Source: a virus (lineage: Duplodnaviria; Caudoviricetes). From it: DNA of 52,428 nucleotides. The notes beneath the pieces were generated by a model. It was not told where the DNA came from and did not search any database. It was given only the letters and a program-made list of their open reading frames with translations. Of the stretch, positions 9,801-18,957 are shown in pieces (position 1 is the stretch's first letter; every line of letters begins with the position of its first letter). Both the position numbers and the translations under genes were made by a program. The stretch is from IMG/VR virus record IMGVR_UViG_3300033153_009436, positions 1-52,428 of that record; one strand, given 5' to 3'.

Positions 9801-12396
9801 GAATGAGGGTGAGTATATATTCATAGAAGATCTTGAAACTGCTAAACCAGAAGATATTGCTTTTAATAAAGAGCTTTATAAGAGAAAGAAAAAATATACA
9901 GAATTTTTAAGATCAGAAATAAAAACATCAGAGGGTTATAAAGATGGTACTTATCATAGATATACAAAAGAATTTAAAGTATTACGTGCAAAGTATCAAA
10001 TATATAATCCTATAGGGAATGGGTTTTGGGAAAGAAGGAAAGATGTATCAGATGCAGCCTATGCAAGATTTGAGGCTAGAGAATTTGATGTAAGAGATGC
10101 ACAGTTTGCTACATTTGATTCTAACAATGAATTTACTGGAGTAACTAGACTTGATACAATTAGAGTGCCTAAGAAAAAGCATAGTGAAATAAGATCAGTA
10201 AGTGCTCCTACACAAAGCCAGCCCAATGGTAAGGATATGCGGGATGCTAAATGGGTTAAACTGATGAATCCAGATAGTGCTTTAGGGGAAGCTCAGAAGG
10301 ATTTTTATTTAATGTTTAGAAGAATGTTTGAAGAGGAACTTCTAGCAAAACTGCCTATGTCAGTACGAGATAATATGCTGGGTAAGATTCCATTACAAAA
10401 AGATGCATTATATGATACATTAAAAGATAAACCTAATATTGTAACACGTCTCTGGGCCAAAGCTACAAGAAGTGCAACTGATTTCTTTACTGAGACAGGA
10501 TCTGCTAAAAAAGTTATGACAGATGAGAATGGTAATTTTATTGATACACTTCCAATATGGATGGTGGGTAGTCCAAGAAATGAGAAGGCACTTAAGACTA
10601 TTGAGAATAAAATTATGGCTCTTAAGAAAAATTATAATAGTGGAGCTCTTTCAACTTTACAATATGAAGAACAAAAGCAAGAACTTGAAGGAAAAAGAAG
10701 TAGAATATTAGCACAACCTACACGAGATGAAATAAGTAAAGATTTAGGAGATAGCTTGCTTAGGTTTAGCCACATGGCTGAGAATTATGAGGTGATGGGA
10801 ACTATAGAAGATACTCTCACAGGAATGATAAAGATCTTAGAAAAGAGAGAATATACTCCTGCAAGTGGAGCTAAACTGATGGGTAGTATAAAAGGTAAAA
10901 TGAAAGAAGTGGGCATTCCAGGTGTATCTACTGGTGGTGAAGCTGAAATAGTAAAGAGAGCCAAGAAATGGATGAAAATGGTTTACTATGATAATGATAA
11001 AATGACAAGAAACTGGTTTGACAAGGCTACTGCAGGTCTTATAAGGTATTCATCTCTTTCTTATGTTGCATTTAACCCATTTGGAAATATCAATAACTAT
11101 ACAATAGGTAGAATTAATAATGCAATTGAACAAGCTGGCGGATTATTCTTTGGAACTAAAGAATATACAAGAGCTACATATGAATTTAATAAAAGAGGTC
11201 TTTCTGATGTAGTAAGAAAGACATCATACTTGGCAACTAAAAAAGCTTATGAAAAGTATATACCTCATAGTAAGTATGAAGTACTAGTAGAACTTTATAG
11301 AATGATGGATGCTAAATCTGATATTCGTGAGTCTGGACAATTTGACAAAAAAGAAACTTTGTGGGATAAGTTTACGGGATTTGGATATATGCTACAAGAT
11401 GCTGCTGAATATAATGTACAAACTAAAGTAGGTATGGCTGTCTTGATGACTAAACAGATTAAGAATAGTAAAACAGGTGAAACATTAAGTTTATATGATG
11501 CATATACGCTTAATGGGGATGGTACAGCCACATTAAAGGAAGGTTATGATACTTTAATAGATAGAGAAGGTAAGGAACTTAAAGATTTTAGTAATGATGT
11601 ACGTTATGATATACGTAATGAGATACGTGAAGTTAATAAGCAGATCCATGGTAACTATGCTTACGAGGACAGAATGGTTATACAGTCACACGCATTAGGA
11701 GAATTAGGAGCTCAGTTTCATAAATGGGTTATTCCTGCAATTAAGGCAAGATTTAGACCTGAATATTTTGATGAAAATGTAGGTTGGTTAGAGGGAAGAT
11801 ATTTATCAATGTGGAGTTTTATGAAATATGCAGCTACACATATAGGAGAAATGCAGAAGTGGAGTACTAATTTTCAAGAGCAAGTTAGAGGAGGACCAGA
11901 GCAATCTAGAATGAAAATGCTAAATGTATGGAGAACTTCAGCTGAGTTGGCATTAATGATGACTACTGTAATAACAGCAATACTGCTTGAGATGCTATTT
12001 GAAGATGATGATGATGACTCAGTTTTACAAAAGAGACTTGAGAATGCATTAATTTACCAAGCTGACAGAGCACACAAAGAAATGATTCAGTTTATGCCTT
12101 TTCTTCCACCATTCACTGGTACTAAACAAATTTACCAAATGATGAAGTCTCCAATTGCATCTACCAGGACACTAGGTGAGCTGGCAGAGGCATTATCAGC
12201 AACAATGGACTATGGATATGGAAAGATGTTCCTGAGTGAGAAAGAATTTAGAACTAATCCTAAGTATGTGTACCAACAGAAGCCAAGAAAAGGGTACCTT
12301 AAGTTGGCAAAACAATGGATGGATGCTGTACCTATTCTATATGGTATACAAAGATGGTATGGATATGATAGACAGAAAAGTTTTTATATTAAATAA
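6892..12396 (+). CDS. Large virion (ejection/cargo) protein with a degenerate zincin-like domain and a PD-(D/E)XK nuclease-like domain
   Basis: 1834 aa, directly after the virion RNAP as in crAss-like phages. Motifs IEEILHPF and IAGMADLVVI...IIDLKTG...QVNTY; helical C-terminal half. Confidence 0.8.
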   Translation: MKCYNRSAPEYQVLTSKYKSVLAVDSIINKWQDLHKTENFPTLSDAEEMMESRKVVFNLKKREFAETVLANLSRKNWISKLGKDYYVNKSSGLTRGFDAGVLWKNIRNINKYLEFKNIPLETIEIQKKKPYRITVKENLFTRQDIIQESRENDGVHTADVIEHLVRMFPGVNVQAVSVAAAKEYYDRLPTWQKAKLSFDQVKSYYVNNQVKLIEGRTTAETSIEEILHPFIDGIKNDNIKLFEGLLSEAKKNFPQLTQQIEDSYTERRGFTTEERDLELVTQALSRHFNKEFKEEPTIGWEAKVKEFLEWFMNIIENLHEYLTGKGLQVSVINPNATMTDLARLLNTKDLEFTTEEAVSRKIRYSLNPEKKKMLDKIMGPANPVQKALMMKMFHLAITSKKDTEGSLTANVSELTGSDPLVVLNEPNHTYYDLETGEEYTSVTKAIKGTFVNKGDKQLNLDIGNDFDAIADGLAAGLTYEEILPRLVVVHKSMKKVGKGKDAFTVSNAFIAYNQLLGTIETIKQNGSIIIPQVIFADADSKIAGMADLVVISPEGKIGIIDLKTGKGPIKAAGYDKPHPLEKDSILKEKGVDELSTRNQHGIQVNTYRRMVENLGYEVLDQQSFGISTLHMNVDIEGYGKKQIFKDKFEYDGWESHAPSKNQPWVDKIVPIKKKEVSAADIANAEEAAGVDNPTRDEDFLSDEDAMPEEIETGALYAVLFEALQDFTIGLKKRKEAIELMRDGIFLDKTRQENVENIADTMSKINVALNEGRDAVEIVYTELLRDSIAEIKKFTEYIKDPINFNKNKTQSTLVLKLMSELNKLETVTAADGTRTQGLIDEAMDNYFRSFVIDNSNRDFSPEDLDELMTKAKDISLWEASSYDLDSSSDPLSALMAKLYKRKKQEVLDRVDNRNNSIRVVLAKLLKLSNGNKIDYSFMLQEDNTRYIQEIGYDYFRMAADLRNDIYADEDMNEGEYIFIEDLETAKPEDIAFNKELYKRKKKYTEFLRSEIKTSEGYKDGTYHRYTKEFKVLRAKYQIYNPIGNGFWERRKDVSDAAYARFEAREFDVRDAQFATFDSNNEFTGVTRLDTIRVPKKKHSEIRSVSAPTQSQPNGKDMRDAKWVKLMNPDSALGEAQKDFYLMFRRMFEEELLAKLPMSVRDNMLGKIPLQKDALYDTLKDKPNIVTRLWAKATRSATDFFTETGSAKKVMTDENGNFIDTLPIWMVGSPRNEKALKTIENKIMALKKNYNSGALSTLQYEEQKQELEGKRSRILAQPTRDEISKDLGDSLLRFSHMAENYEVMGTIEDTLTGMIKILEKREYTPASGAKLMGSIKGKMKEVGIPGVSTGGEAEIVKRAKKWMKMVYYDNDKMTRNWFDKATAGLIRYSSLSYVAFNPFGNINNYTIGRINNAIEQAGGLFFGTKEYTRATYEFNKRGLSDVVRKTSYLATKKAYEKYIPHSKYEVLVELYRMMDAKSDIRESGQFDKKETLWDKFTGFGYMLQDAAEYNVQTKVGMAVLMTKQIKNSKTGETLSLYDAYTLNGDGTATLKEGYDTLIDREGKELKDFSNDVRYDIRNEIREVNKQIHGNYAYEDRMVIQSHALGELGAQFHKWVIPAIKARFRPEYFDENVGWLEGRYLSMWSFMKYAATHIGEMQKWSTNFQEQVRGGPEQSRMKMLNVWRTSAELALMMTTVITAILLEMLFEDDDDDSVLQKRLENALIYQADRAHKEMIQFMPFLPPFTGTKQIYQMMKSPIASTRTLGELAEALSATMDYGYGKMFLSEKEFRTNPKYVYQQKPRKGYLKLAKQWMDAVPILYGIQRWYGYDRQKSFYIK

Positions 12397-12398
12397 TT

Positions 12399-12728
12399 AT
12401 GAGTTTTATGATACCTATATTATCTAGCATTAATAATAAAAAAAATAATCACTTAAACCAAGATAGGGATGAGAGAGGAAGATTTATGAAAACCAAGCAA
12501 AATAAAGTAAATAAATTTTGGAAAGATGTGAAGAATAAATATTTTGAAATTCTTTTTCTTCTAACAGTTTGTATTTTAACAGGATGTGCCACTAAGTATC
12601 AGGTTGTATCTGATTTAGGAAATAATTCATATCATATGCACAATATAAAGAAAAACAAGATAGAAATTATTACTACTACAGAGACATTAAAGATTGATGG
12701 ATGGTATAATTTAAAAAGATTAAAATGA
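12399..12728 (+). CDS. Putative lipoprotein
   Basis: Hydrophobic stretch ending in lipobox-like LTGC. The true start may be the internal MKTKQ. Confidence 0.55.
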   Translation: MSFMIPILSSINNKKNNHLNQDRDERGRFMKTKQNKVNKFWKDVKNKYFEILFLLTVCILTGCATKYQVVSDLGNNSYHMHNIKKNKIEIITTTETLKIDGWYNLKRLK

Positions 12729-12946
12729 AAAAGTGGTTAATATTTTGTGTATTTTTGCATACATTTTTTTCCTGTGGTTCCTCTAGTGAGAGGAAATTGG
12801 AAACATTAACCCCACCTCTTATTATTATTGAGACAGATAGTGCTGTTGTAATAGAGGATGCAAAAGGAGAACAATACACGCTTAATACAATAGATAGAAT
12901 AGATTATAGTGTTTATAATTTAAAAATTGGAGACACATTAAAATGA
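12725..12946 (+). CDS. Putative lipoprotein
   Basis: MKKW followed by a hydrophobic core and FFSC lipobox; ATGA overlap with the upstream gene. Confidence 0.65.
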   Translation: MKKWLIFCVFLHTFFSCGSSSERKLETLTPPLIIIETDSAVVIEDAKGEQYTLNTIDRIDYSVYNLKIGDTLK

Positions 12947-13047
12947 AAATTATGAAAAAGATTTATAGAGGTTTTGAATATTGGAAATATGAATTTGTTA
13001 TTATTATAGGAGTTTTATCTATAATAGCAACTATAGTTATAATCTAA
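12943..13047 (+). CDS. Small single-TM membrane peptide (34 aa)
   Basis: Read by hand: MKIMKKIYRGFEYWKYEFVIIIGVLSIIATIVII; start overlaps the upstream stop. Confidence 0.5.
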   Translation: MKIMKKIYRGFEYWKYEFVIIIGVLSIIATIVII

Positions 13048-13065
13048 GATTATTTCTTATGATAT

Positions 13066-13101
13066 AAAAAGGGAGGCACTACACCTCCCTTTTTTATTTT
13101 T
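13066..13101. terminator. Bidirectional intrinsic terminator
   Basis: AAAAAGGGAGG-cactaca-CCTCCCTTTTT inverted repeat with A and T tracts, between convergent genes. Confidence 0.85.
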
Positions 13102-13144
13102 ATTATACTGATAAATACTAATTTCCTGCAAATGCAGTGAATTT

Positions 13145-15010
13145 TTATTTTACTTCACATGTACCACCCGCACAAGCTAGTTCACCAGTAAGATTTGTTT
13201 CATCTGTAATTTCTTTGATTTTAGACAAATCAACCTCAGTTAGTGATTTTATTAGTTTATTATATTTATCTTTAGTGATATCTTCAAGAGGTAATTGAGG
13301 ATGAGTTGTATCATCTCCCCAAAATGGAAAGATAGCTAAACCATTATAAGCATTTCTATTTTCCCACATCCATTCACCTGCTAAATCCCAATCATTATCC
13401 TTAAGAGAGACAGTAGCTGAAACATTATGAGTGTTTGATCCAGTTCTATGACCAGTTTTAACCCATTCTGTAGCAACATGCTTTATTCTTTTAAGCATAT
13501 CAAAACAAGACTCTGTTCTAAAAATAGAACCTTCAGGTGCTTTCTGAGGAGAACAAATCCAAGCAGTATCATGAGGTCTTTCAAAATCATCCTCTATTAA
13601 CTCAGAATGATTTTCTAGTAAATAATCATAAATAGCTTCATTTTTTCCTACTTTAATCCTTCTTATAAAGTAATCATTGTGCCAAGGATGTATTCCTGAA
13701 CTAGTTCCTAAAGCTAATGATGTTGTACCAGCAGGTTTTACAGTAGTGCATCTAGATGATTGATTAATTCCAATTACTTTGGCAACTCTTTTATTTTCCT
13801 TTTTTACTATTCCTGCAGCTTCAGCCATATCATAACCAAGAACTCTGCCACTAGCTATCCCAGTCATACTTACACCAATCAATGCATCCTTTTCAGTATT
13901 TGTACGCCATACATCCCTTAGATAATGAAAATTAGTATAACTTGCTTGAAGTGTTCCAATAAATGAAGCAGCTTTTACACGTTCATTTAGATCTTCTTGT
14001 GAAGTTATATTAGATACATTTACTTCACATAGATTACAGAATTGATATGGACGTAAAGCAATCTCACAACAAGGATTGGTACCCCAGTCTTTATCATTAC
14101 TAAAGTATATACCGGGATCTCCAGACTTAGTTAATTCCATTCTGTTCCACAACTTTAAAAAGAATTCCTTACTAATCTTATGCCTCATGAGAACTGCAGA
14201 GTTATTAGCACGACCACGTTGCCCGTTTAATTCATGCCAGTTTCCTGATTTACAACTAATCATTTCATCATCATAAGCACTAAACAAACTAATTAAAGCT
14301 GCTCTTCTAATACCTCCTGCTAATACAGCATCTGCTATATGACAAACAATATCATGTACTTCTAGAGTAGATAATCTTTCACCATCTTCTTTATTCTCTA
14401 GAATACCGCTTAATTTAAGAATACACTCTTTCAATGGTTGTGGACCAGGTGCTTTACCACCAGATGTCACAAGTCTTGCACCTTTAGGACGGATATCAGA
14501 AAAATCAAACTCTATACGAGACCCTTTGCCATTCATATAAGATTTCATCAATACTCTTATTGAGTCAGCCCATCCTTCAATGGAATCACCAATTAAGAAT
14601 CTCTTCTTACGGTTAATATATGGTTTGTTTATTGCAGGTAATTGATCTACATGATGTTTTTGTACAGAGTACCCAACTCCAGTTCCACCAAGTAATAAAA
14701 ACATACACTCACTAAATGAATCAATATGATCTATAGGCATATAAGCACAGTTATACATTCTATTAGGTGAAATCTCAATTGGTTTACCACCAAATTGCAT
14801 ACTTCTCATAGAAGGAAGAACCCTCTTAGCATAAACAAATCTATAAGCTGATATTATTTCATCTTTTAGTTCTGGATATTTTTTAATATGCATGTTCTTA
14901 TTACGTGTAACAAGTTCTTGCCAAGTCTCTCTTCTGTTTAGTTCAGGCATGTATCTTGCGTACTTCATATAGATAGTAATTTCACTAAGAATTTTATTGC
15001 TTAATTCCAT
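13145..15010 (-). CDS. nrdJ: Class II (adenosylcobalamin-dependent) ribonucleotide reductase
   Basis: Motifs RRETW, PSMR, YNC, GGTGVGYSV, GGIRRAALI, TNPCCEI, TTVKPAGTTS, and a C-terminal CAGGTC cysteine pair. Likely start MELSNKIL at 15010 rather than 15073. Confidence 0.93.
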   Translation of the reverse strand: MELSNKILSEITIYMKYARYMPELNRRETWQELVTRNKNMHIKKYPELKDEIISAYRFVYAKRVLPSMRSMQFGGKPIEISPNRMYNCAYMPIDHIDSFSECMFLLLGGTGVGYSVQKHHVDQLPAINKPYINRKKRFLIGDSIEGWADSIRVLMKSYMNGKGSRIEFDFSDIRPKGARLVTSGGKAPGPQPLKECILKLSGILENKEDGERLSTLEVHDIVCHIADAVLAGGIRRAALISLFSAYDDEMISCKSGNWHELNGQRGRANNSAVLMRHKISKEFFLKLWNRMELTKSGDPGIYFSNDKDWGTNPCCEIALRPYQFCNLCEVNVSNITSQEDLNERVKAASFIGTLQASYTNFHYLRDVWRTNTEKDALIGVSMTGIASGRVLGYDMAEAAGIVKKENKRVAKVIGINQSSRCTTVKPAGTTSLALGTSSGIHPWHNDYFIRRIKVGKNEAIYDYLLENHSELIEDDFERPHDTAWICSPQKAPEGSIFRTESCFDMLKRIKHVATEWVKTGHRTGSNTHNVSATVSLKDNDWDLAGEWMWENRNAYNGLAIFPFWGDDTTHPQLPLEDITKDKYNKLIKSLTEVDLSKIKEITDETNLTGELACAGGTCEVK

Positions 15011-15081
15011 ATCAATTGTTTTAAATAAGTTAATATTAAATGTTTGAACGGGTGTCCGTTCAATAAGATACACAATTTATT

Positions 15082-15318
15082 TTAGTCTAAATCACTATAA
15101 TCAATGTTTGTGTAACTGAGTGTTAAAAAAAGTATACCAATTTCAACTCTAAAGAGTGGTCTATCTATATTATCTTTATGTAATATGTGACAATTTATAA
15201 ATTTTATTCCAATTAAGGGTTCTGATGGAAGTATTTCTATGTTAAGTTTATGTTCAAATATTTTATTAGGTTGTTTATCCATATGATGATTTGTTGTTGA
15301 TTTGTTATGTTTTTTCAT
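15082..15318 (-). CDS. Hypothetical protein
   Basis: ORF track; co-oriented upstream of nrdJ. Confidence 0.5.
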   Translation of the reverse strand: MKKHNKSTTNHHMDKQPNKIFEHKLNIEILPSEPLIGIKFINCHILHKDNIDRPLFRVEIGILFLTLSYTNIDYSDLD

Positions 15319-15355
15319 ATATATATTGTATATTATATATGAAGATTTAGTTATA

Positions 15356-15363
15356 CAAATATA
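15356..15363 (-). promoter_or_regulatory. Bacteroidota-type -7 promoter element (TATATTTG) for the nrdJ unit
   Basis: CAAATATA on the + strand matches TAnnTTTG on the - strand, in a divergent intergenic region. Confidence 0.55.
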
Positions 15364-15403
15364 ATTAAATCATACAGATTTTATCAAAAAATATTTATAT
15401 ATA

Positions 15404-15643
15404 ATGTCTGGGTTACCGCTTACTTTTTCACAATTTGTTAAAAATCCAATTGCTGCAATAACTTTTTTGTCACTTATTGCGATGGTGTATCTATATATAG
15501 ATTCTAAGAGTGCATATGCGGCTCAAATAGAAGCATGTGTACATAGAGAACAAGTGACAAATGAACGTATTACAAAGCTTGAAGGGGATTTAGAACGATT
15601 ACATGATAAATTTATTGAGCTGGTTACAGAGATGAACAAATAA
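15404..15643 (+). CDS. Single-TM coiled-coil protein (holin or i-spanin-like)
   Basis: N-terminal hydrophobic helix followed by a coiled-coil-like C-terminus. Confidence 0.6.
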   Translation: MSGLPLTFSQFVKNPIAAITFLSLIAMVYLYIDSKSAYAAQIEACVHREQVTNERITKLEGDLERLHDKFIELVTEMNK

Positions 15644-15647
15644 ACAA

Positions 15648-16109
15648 ATGAGCAAATTATTGTTAATTTGTATTTTTATGTTATTTGGTTGCGAACCTAG
15701 TAATACAACTATTGATGTTTCTCATTATGATCCTTCATTTGCAGAAATTAATTGTTCACAAACAATTTCAACAGATTCACTTTTGATCCTTGCAGAGGAA
15801 TTTAAAATCAAATACTTTAACGATAAGGAAAAAAGTACTTTAAATTTTGATAGCTTGCATGCACTTCTTAAGAATGATAAAAAATTACAATATGTTTTCA
15901 CTAAACAAATTCATAATATTACTGCACAATATGAGAAACAAAAAATTATAAATGAAAAATTAAAGAAACCCTCCTATAGAAGGAAGGATTCAATTATTTA
16001 TAAATATGTATATAAAGACTCAATTATTTATAAGTTTGACACCATAAGAAAAACAGATACAATTATTAGTTTTGTGAAATTTAAAAAGAAAAAAAGAAAA
16101 AACAATTAA
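15648..16109 (+). CDS. Putative lipoprotein (o-spanin-like candidate)
   Basis: LFGC lipobox; DSIIYK repeated twice near the C-terminus. Confidence 0.55.
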   Translation: MSKLLLICIFMLFGCEPSNTTIDVSHYDPSFAEINCSQTISTDSLLILAEEFKIKYFNDKEKSTLNFDSLHALLKNDKKLQYVFTKQIHNITAQYEKQKIINEKLKKPSYRRKDSIIYKYVYKDSIIYKFDTIRKTDTIISFVKFKKKKRKNN

Positions 16110-16121
16110 TCATCAGAACTC

Positions 16122-16559
16122 ATGGCAATAAAAAAAATATATAGAACAAACCCAGATCCAATCTTGGTAAAAGCTGATAATGATCAGGCACAAGGAGCAT
16201 TAGCTAAGATAGCACATATAAATTGGTTAATTGAGCAGATAGATGAACCAACTTTAGAATCTGTATCTGTGGTAGGTTCAAACTTTGAGATGGATATAAG
16301 AAAGGGAGATTATTTTAATATCACACTTCCTGATGGACCCGGTCCTTATACATTATCTTTTACTTACTTAACAGTAGGAACTTATATTGTATATATTAAG
16401 CAAAATGCTACAGGCAATGGTGTAGCAACATTAACAGGAGTAGAGTGGCCTGCGGGAGTTGCTCCCACTATAACCGCAACCCCAGATAAGATAGATATTA
16501 TAACATTGATTTATGATGGAACCTCCCTTAGAGGAGTTATAACACAAGATTACGTATGA
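16122..16559 (+). CDS. Virion fibre/decoration protein
   Basis: C-terminal beta-rich domain (IKQNATG...WPAGVAPTIT...DII) typical of phage fibre-associated modules; N-terminus shared with the 18370 ORF. Confidence 0.65.
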   Translation: MAIKKIYRTNPDPILVKADNDQAQGALAKIAHINWLIEQIDEPTLESVSVVGSNFEMDIRKGDYFNITLPDGPGPYTLSFTYLTVGTYIVYIKQNATGNGVATLTGVEWPAGVAPTITATPDKIDIITLIYDGTSLRGVITQDYV

Positions 16560-18091
16560 AAGTAATACCTTTTGGCTTTTTTAATGTTGGTGGTGGAATC
16601 ACCCCCTTTCCCAATACTTATAGTCTTGACTTTGATGGAGTGGATGATTATGTTGATTGTGGACATGTAGATGCACTTATTAGTGCAACTACATTTACTA
16701 TTTCAGTATGGTTTAAATTAGATGATGCAGTAGGAGGCTATGATGTGATTGTCTCACAGTCTCAACTTGCAGGACGGCTTAATATCTATCATCAGCCAGG
16801 AGAATTAGGTTTTCAGGTAATGGATTTAACAATATGTTATCTCGCTATAGACTTTACATCTAATGATTGGACTCACGTTGCAATGGTATTTGATGGCAGT
16901 CAAGGAGGATTAATTCCAGGACCACCATATTATCAGCCAGGACTACAATGTTACTTAAATGGTTCAAAGATTACGACCTTTACTGATGGACTTGGAATAG
17001 TTCCAGCAGTTTCTGCAGCATTAACTAATAGTCTTTTAATTGGTAAATATGAGATAGCTGCAGGTTATGAGTTAGGTGGAAATGTGGATGAATTAAGCAT
17101 CTGGAGTACGGCACTAACTGATGCAGATATTTCTACACTCTACAACTCAGGTACTCCTACTAATCTAAATACTGCTTTAGCAACTACGCCTGTTATCTGG
17201 TATAGAATGGGGGATTCTGGAACATTTTTCAACGGAAATTGGGAACTGAAAAACCAACCTCAATTAGATAATTGGTCAAGTCATTCAATGAACTTTGATG
17301 GGATTGATAACTATGTTAACTGTGGTGCTGCATCTTTAGGGATTACAACAGCAATTACAATATCAGCATGGGTAAAACCAACGGTTCTAGATCCTTCACC
17401 CAGCGGGGGAGTTATAGATAAATATGCTACTGGTCCCTTTAGTGGATGGTCTATATGGCAATCAACTGCATTCCCAGGCAAATGGAGAGCGAGTTTTGGA
17501 ATTGAAGAGCCTTCTAATCCAGGTGTTTATATTAAAACAGAAGTAGAATTTGATGTTCCTAATACAGATTGGCAGCATGTAGTTGCAACTTTTGATACTA
17601 CTGGAGATTTAAAGTTGTATCATAATGGAAGTCTTGAAAATACAGATCCTAATGAAGCTTTCTCTATAATTAATACTAATCTTGAAGAAATAATATTAGG
17701 GGCTAGAAGTGATACACCAGCAGGAGAATATGCTGGATTCATAGACGAAGTTGCTATTTGGGATGTTGCATTAGATCTAGCTACAATAGCTTCAATATTT
17801 AACGCAGGAGAGCCAAATGATTTAACTTTAGCAGCTTCTTATACTACAGGAGGGGGAACTGATAAAAGTGGAGATTTACAAGGCTATTGGAGAATGGGCG
17901 AAGATGCAATGTGGGATGGAGTTGCAAATGAATTGACTATTCCAGATGCTTCAACCAATTCCAATGATGGCACAAGTAGTGGAATGGCTGAAGAAGATAA
18001 AATTAATAATGCACCAGGAAACATTAATCAAGGACTCAGTGATGGAATGGGGGAAACAGCACCCTCTGGCAGATCAACTGATGTTCCTTAA
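16556..18091 (+). CDS. LamG/concanavalin A-like tandem-domain protein (receptor-binding/fibre)
   Basis: Two repeats: SLDFDGVDDYV/SMNFDGIDNYV, TISVW/TISAW, WTHVA/WQHVV, GNVDE/GFIDE, WYRMG/YWRMG. Confidence 0.85.
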   Translation: MKVIPFGFFNVGGGITPFPNTYSLDFDGVDDYVDCGHVDALISATTFTISVWFKLDDAVGGYDVIVSQSQLAGRLNIYHQPGELGFQVMDLTICYLAIDFTSNDWTHVAMVFDGSQGGLIPGPPYYQPGLQCYLNGSKITTFTDGLGIVPAVSAALTNSLLIGKYEIAAGYELGGNVDELSIWSTALTDADISTLYNSGTPTNLNTALATTPVIWYRMGDSGTFFNGNWELKNQPQLDNWSSHSMNFDGIDNYVNCGAASLGITTAITISAWVKPTVLDPSPSGGVIDKYATGPFSGWSIWQSTAFPGKWRASFGIEEPSNPGVYIKTEVEFDVPNTDWQHVVATFDTTGDLKLYHNGSLENTDPNEAFSIINTNLEEIILGARSDTPAGEYAGFIDEVAIWDVALDLATIASIFNAGEPNDLTLAASYTTGGGTDKSGDLQGYWRMGEDAMWDGVANELTIPDASTNSNDGTSSGMAEEDKINNAPGNINQGLSDGMGETAPSGRSTDVP

Positions 18092-18102
18092 TAACAAAAA
18101 CA

Positions 18103-18360
18103 ATGGCAAAATCGTATATAACAATAAAGACAACGCAAATAGATGTAGTTGATTTCTCACAGGTGATTGAAAACAGAGAACCTTTGAGATACTCTTTAGA
18201 TGACTCTGAGTTTATAGTTAAGTGGATATTTGGTTCACCTCATATTCCTACGAGTATAGAGAGTGTTCCAGAAGCAGACAGAAGTGCAATAATGACACAC
18301 GCACAGGCATTAGAAAAAATGGCAACTCCAGAATGGAGTGATCCTAATCTTCCTGAATAA
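18103..18360 (+). CDS. Small protein accompanying LamG fibre (possible chaperone)
   Basis: DFSQV...LRYSLD...VKW...TPEW pattern recalled from phage proteins next to LamG genes. Confidence 0.6.
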   Translation: MAKSYITIKTTQIDVVDFSQVIENREPLRYSLDDSEFIVKWIFGSPHIPTSIESVPEADRSAIMTHAQALEKMATPEWSDPNLPE

Positions 18361-18369
18361 TTAATAATT

Positions 18370-18927
18370 ATGGCACTTAGAAAATTAAAACAAGAAAGTC
18401 CAGGTAAAATTCTGCAGAAAGCAGAGGATAGTAGAGCTGAAGGTGGCTTAGCTAGACTAGCTCATGTTAACTATGTGGTAGAATATCTAAACAATCTTGG
18501 AAAAACTACGTATGTAGATAATGCTGCTGCTCTTGCAGATGGTAAAAAACCAGGAGATATTATTGCAATAACAAGTAATCCTGGTTACCTGAGTCCACTG
18601 GCAGTAGTAGTAGAAGCAATTCCTGTGATTATGGCAGATGTAAGATATATAAGTTGTGTTATGGGACCTGGTGCTTCACCTGATGTTTTGTTAAGTGATG
18701 CAGAAGTTTTATTACTTATAACTGCTATGATGCCGCCTTTAGGCTGGACTTCTTTCTGGTTAACAGATACAGAGCCTCCTGAATTTATTCATTGTTATGT
18801 AGTAGATCCAACTTATGTTGCAGGAACATTAGAACAAAATACAACTGCTTTAGAACTTTCACAACCAGGATTAACAGGTTATGCTGATTGTACAGCGTGT
18901 GAAGCAGCTCATCCACCACCACCATAG
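18370..18927 (+). CDS. Virion fibre/decoration protein, paralog of 16122
   Basis: Shared N-terminal module (LARLAHVN vs LAKIAHIN), YVDNAAALADG motif, C-terminal YADCTAC. Confidence 0.65.
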   Translation: MALRKLKQESPGKILQKAEDSRAEGGLARLAHVNYVVEYLNNLGKTTYVDNAAALADGKKPGDIIAITSNPGYLSPLAVVVEAIPVIMADVRYISCVMGPGASPDVLLSDAEVLLLITAMMPPLGWTSFWLTDTEPPEFIHCYVVDPTYVAGTLEQNTTALELSQPGLTGYADCTACEAAHPPPP

Positions 18928-18957
18928 AAAATTAACTTTAACAAATAAATAGAAATT

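Noticed and set aside
2-12396. Stop-codon reassignment (TAG/TGA recoding known in some crAss-like phages)
   Set aside because: The giant ORFs are uninterrupted in code 11, TGA and TAG act as real stops at gene junctions, and no suppressor tRNA is seen.
661-12427. Short antisense or alternative-frame ORFs within the two giant genes (and similar ones within nrdJ, polB, ligase and others)
   Set aside because: They are shadow ORFs fully overlapping well-supported genes and carry no motifs.
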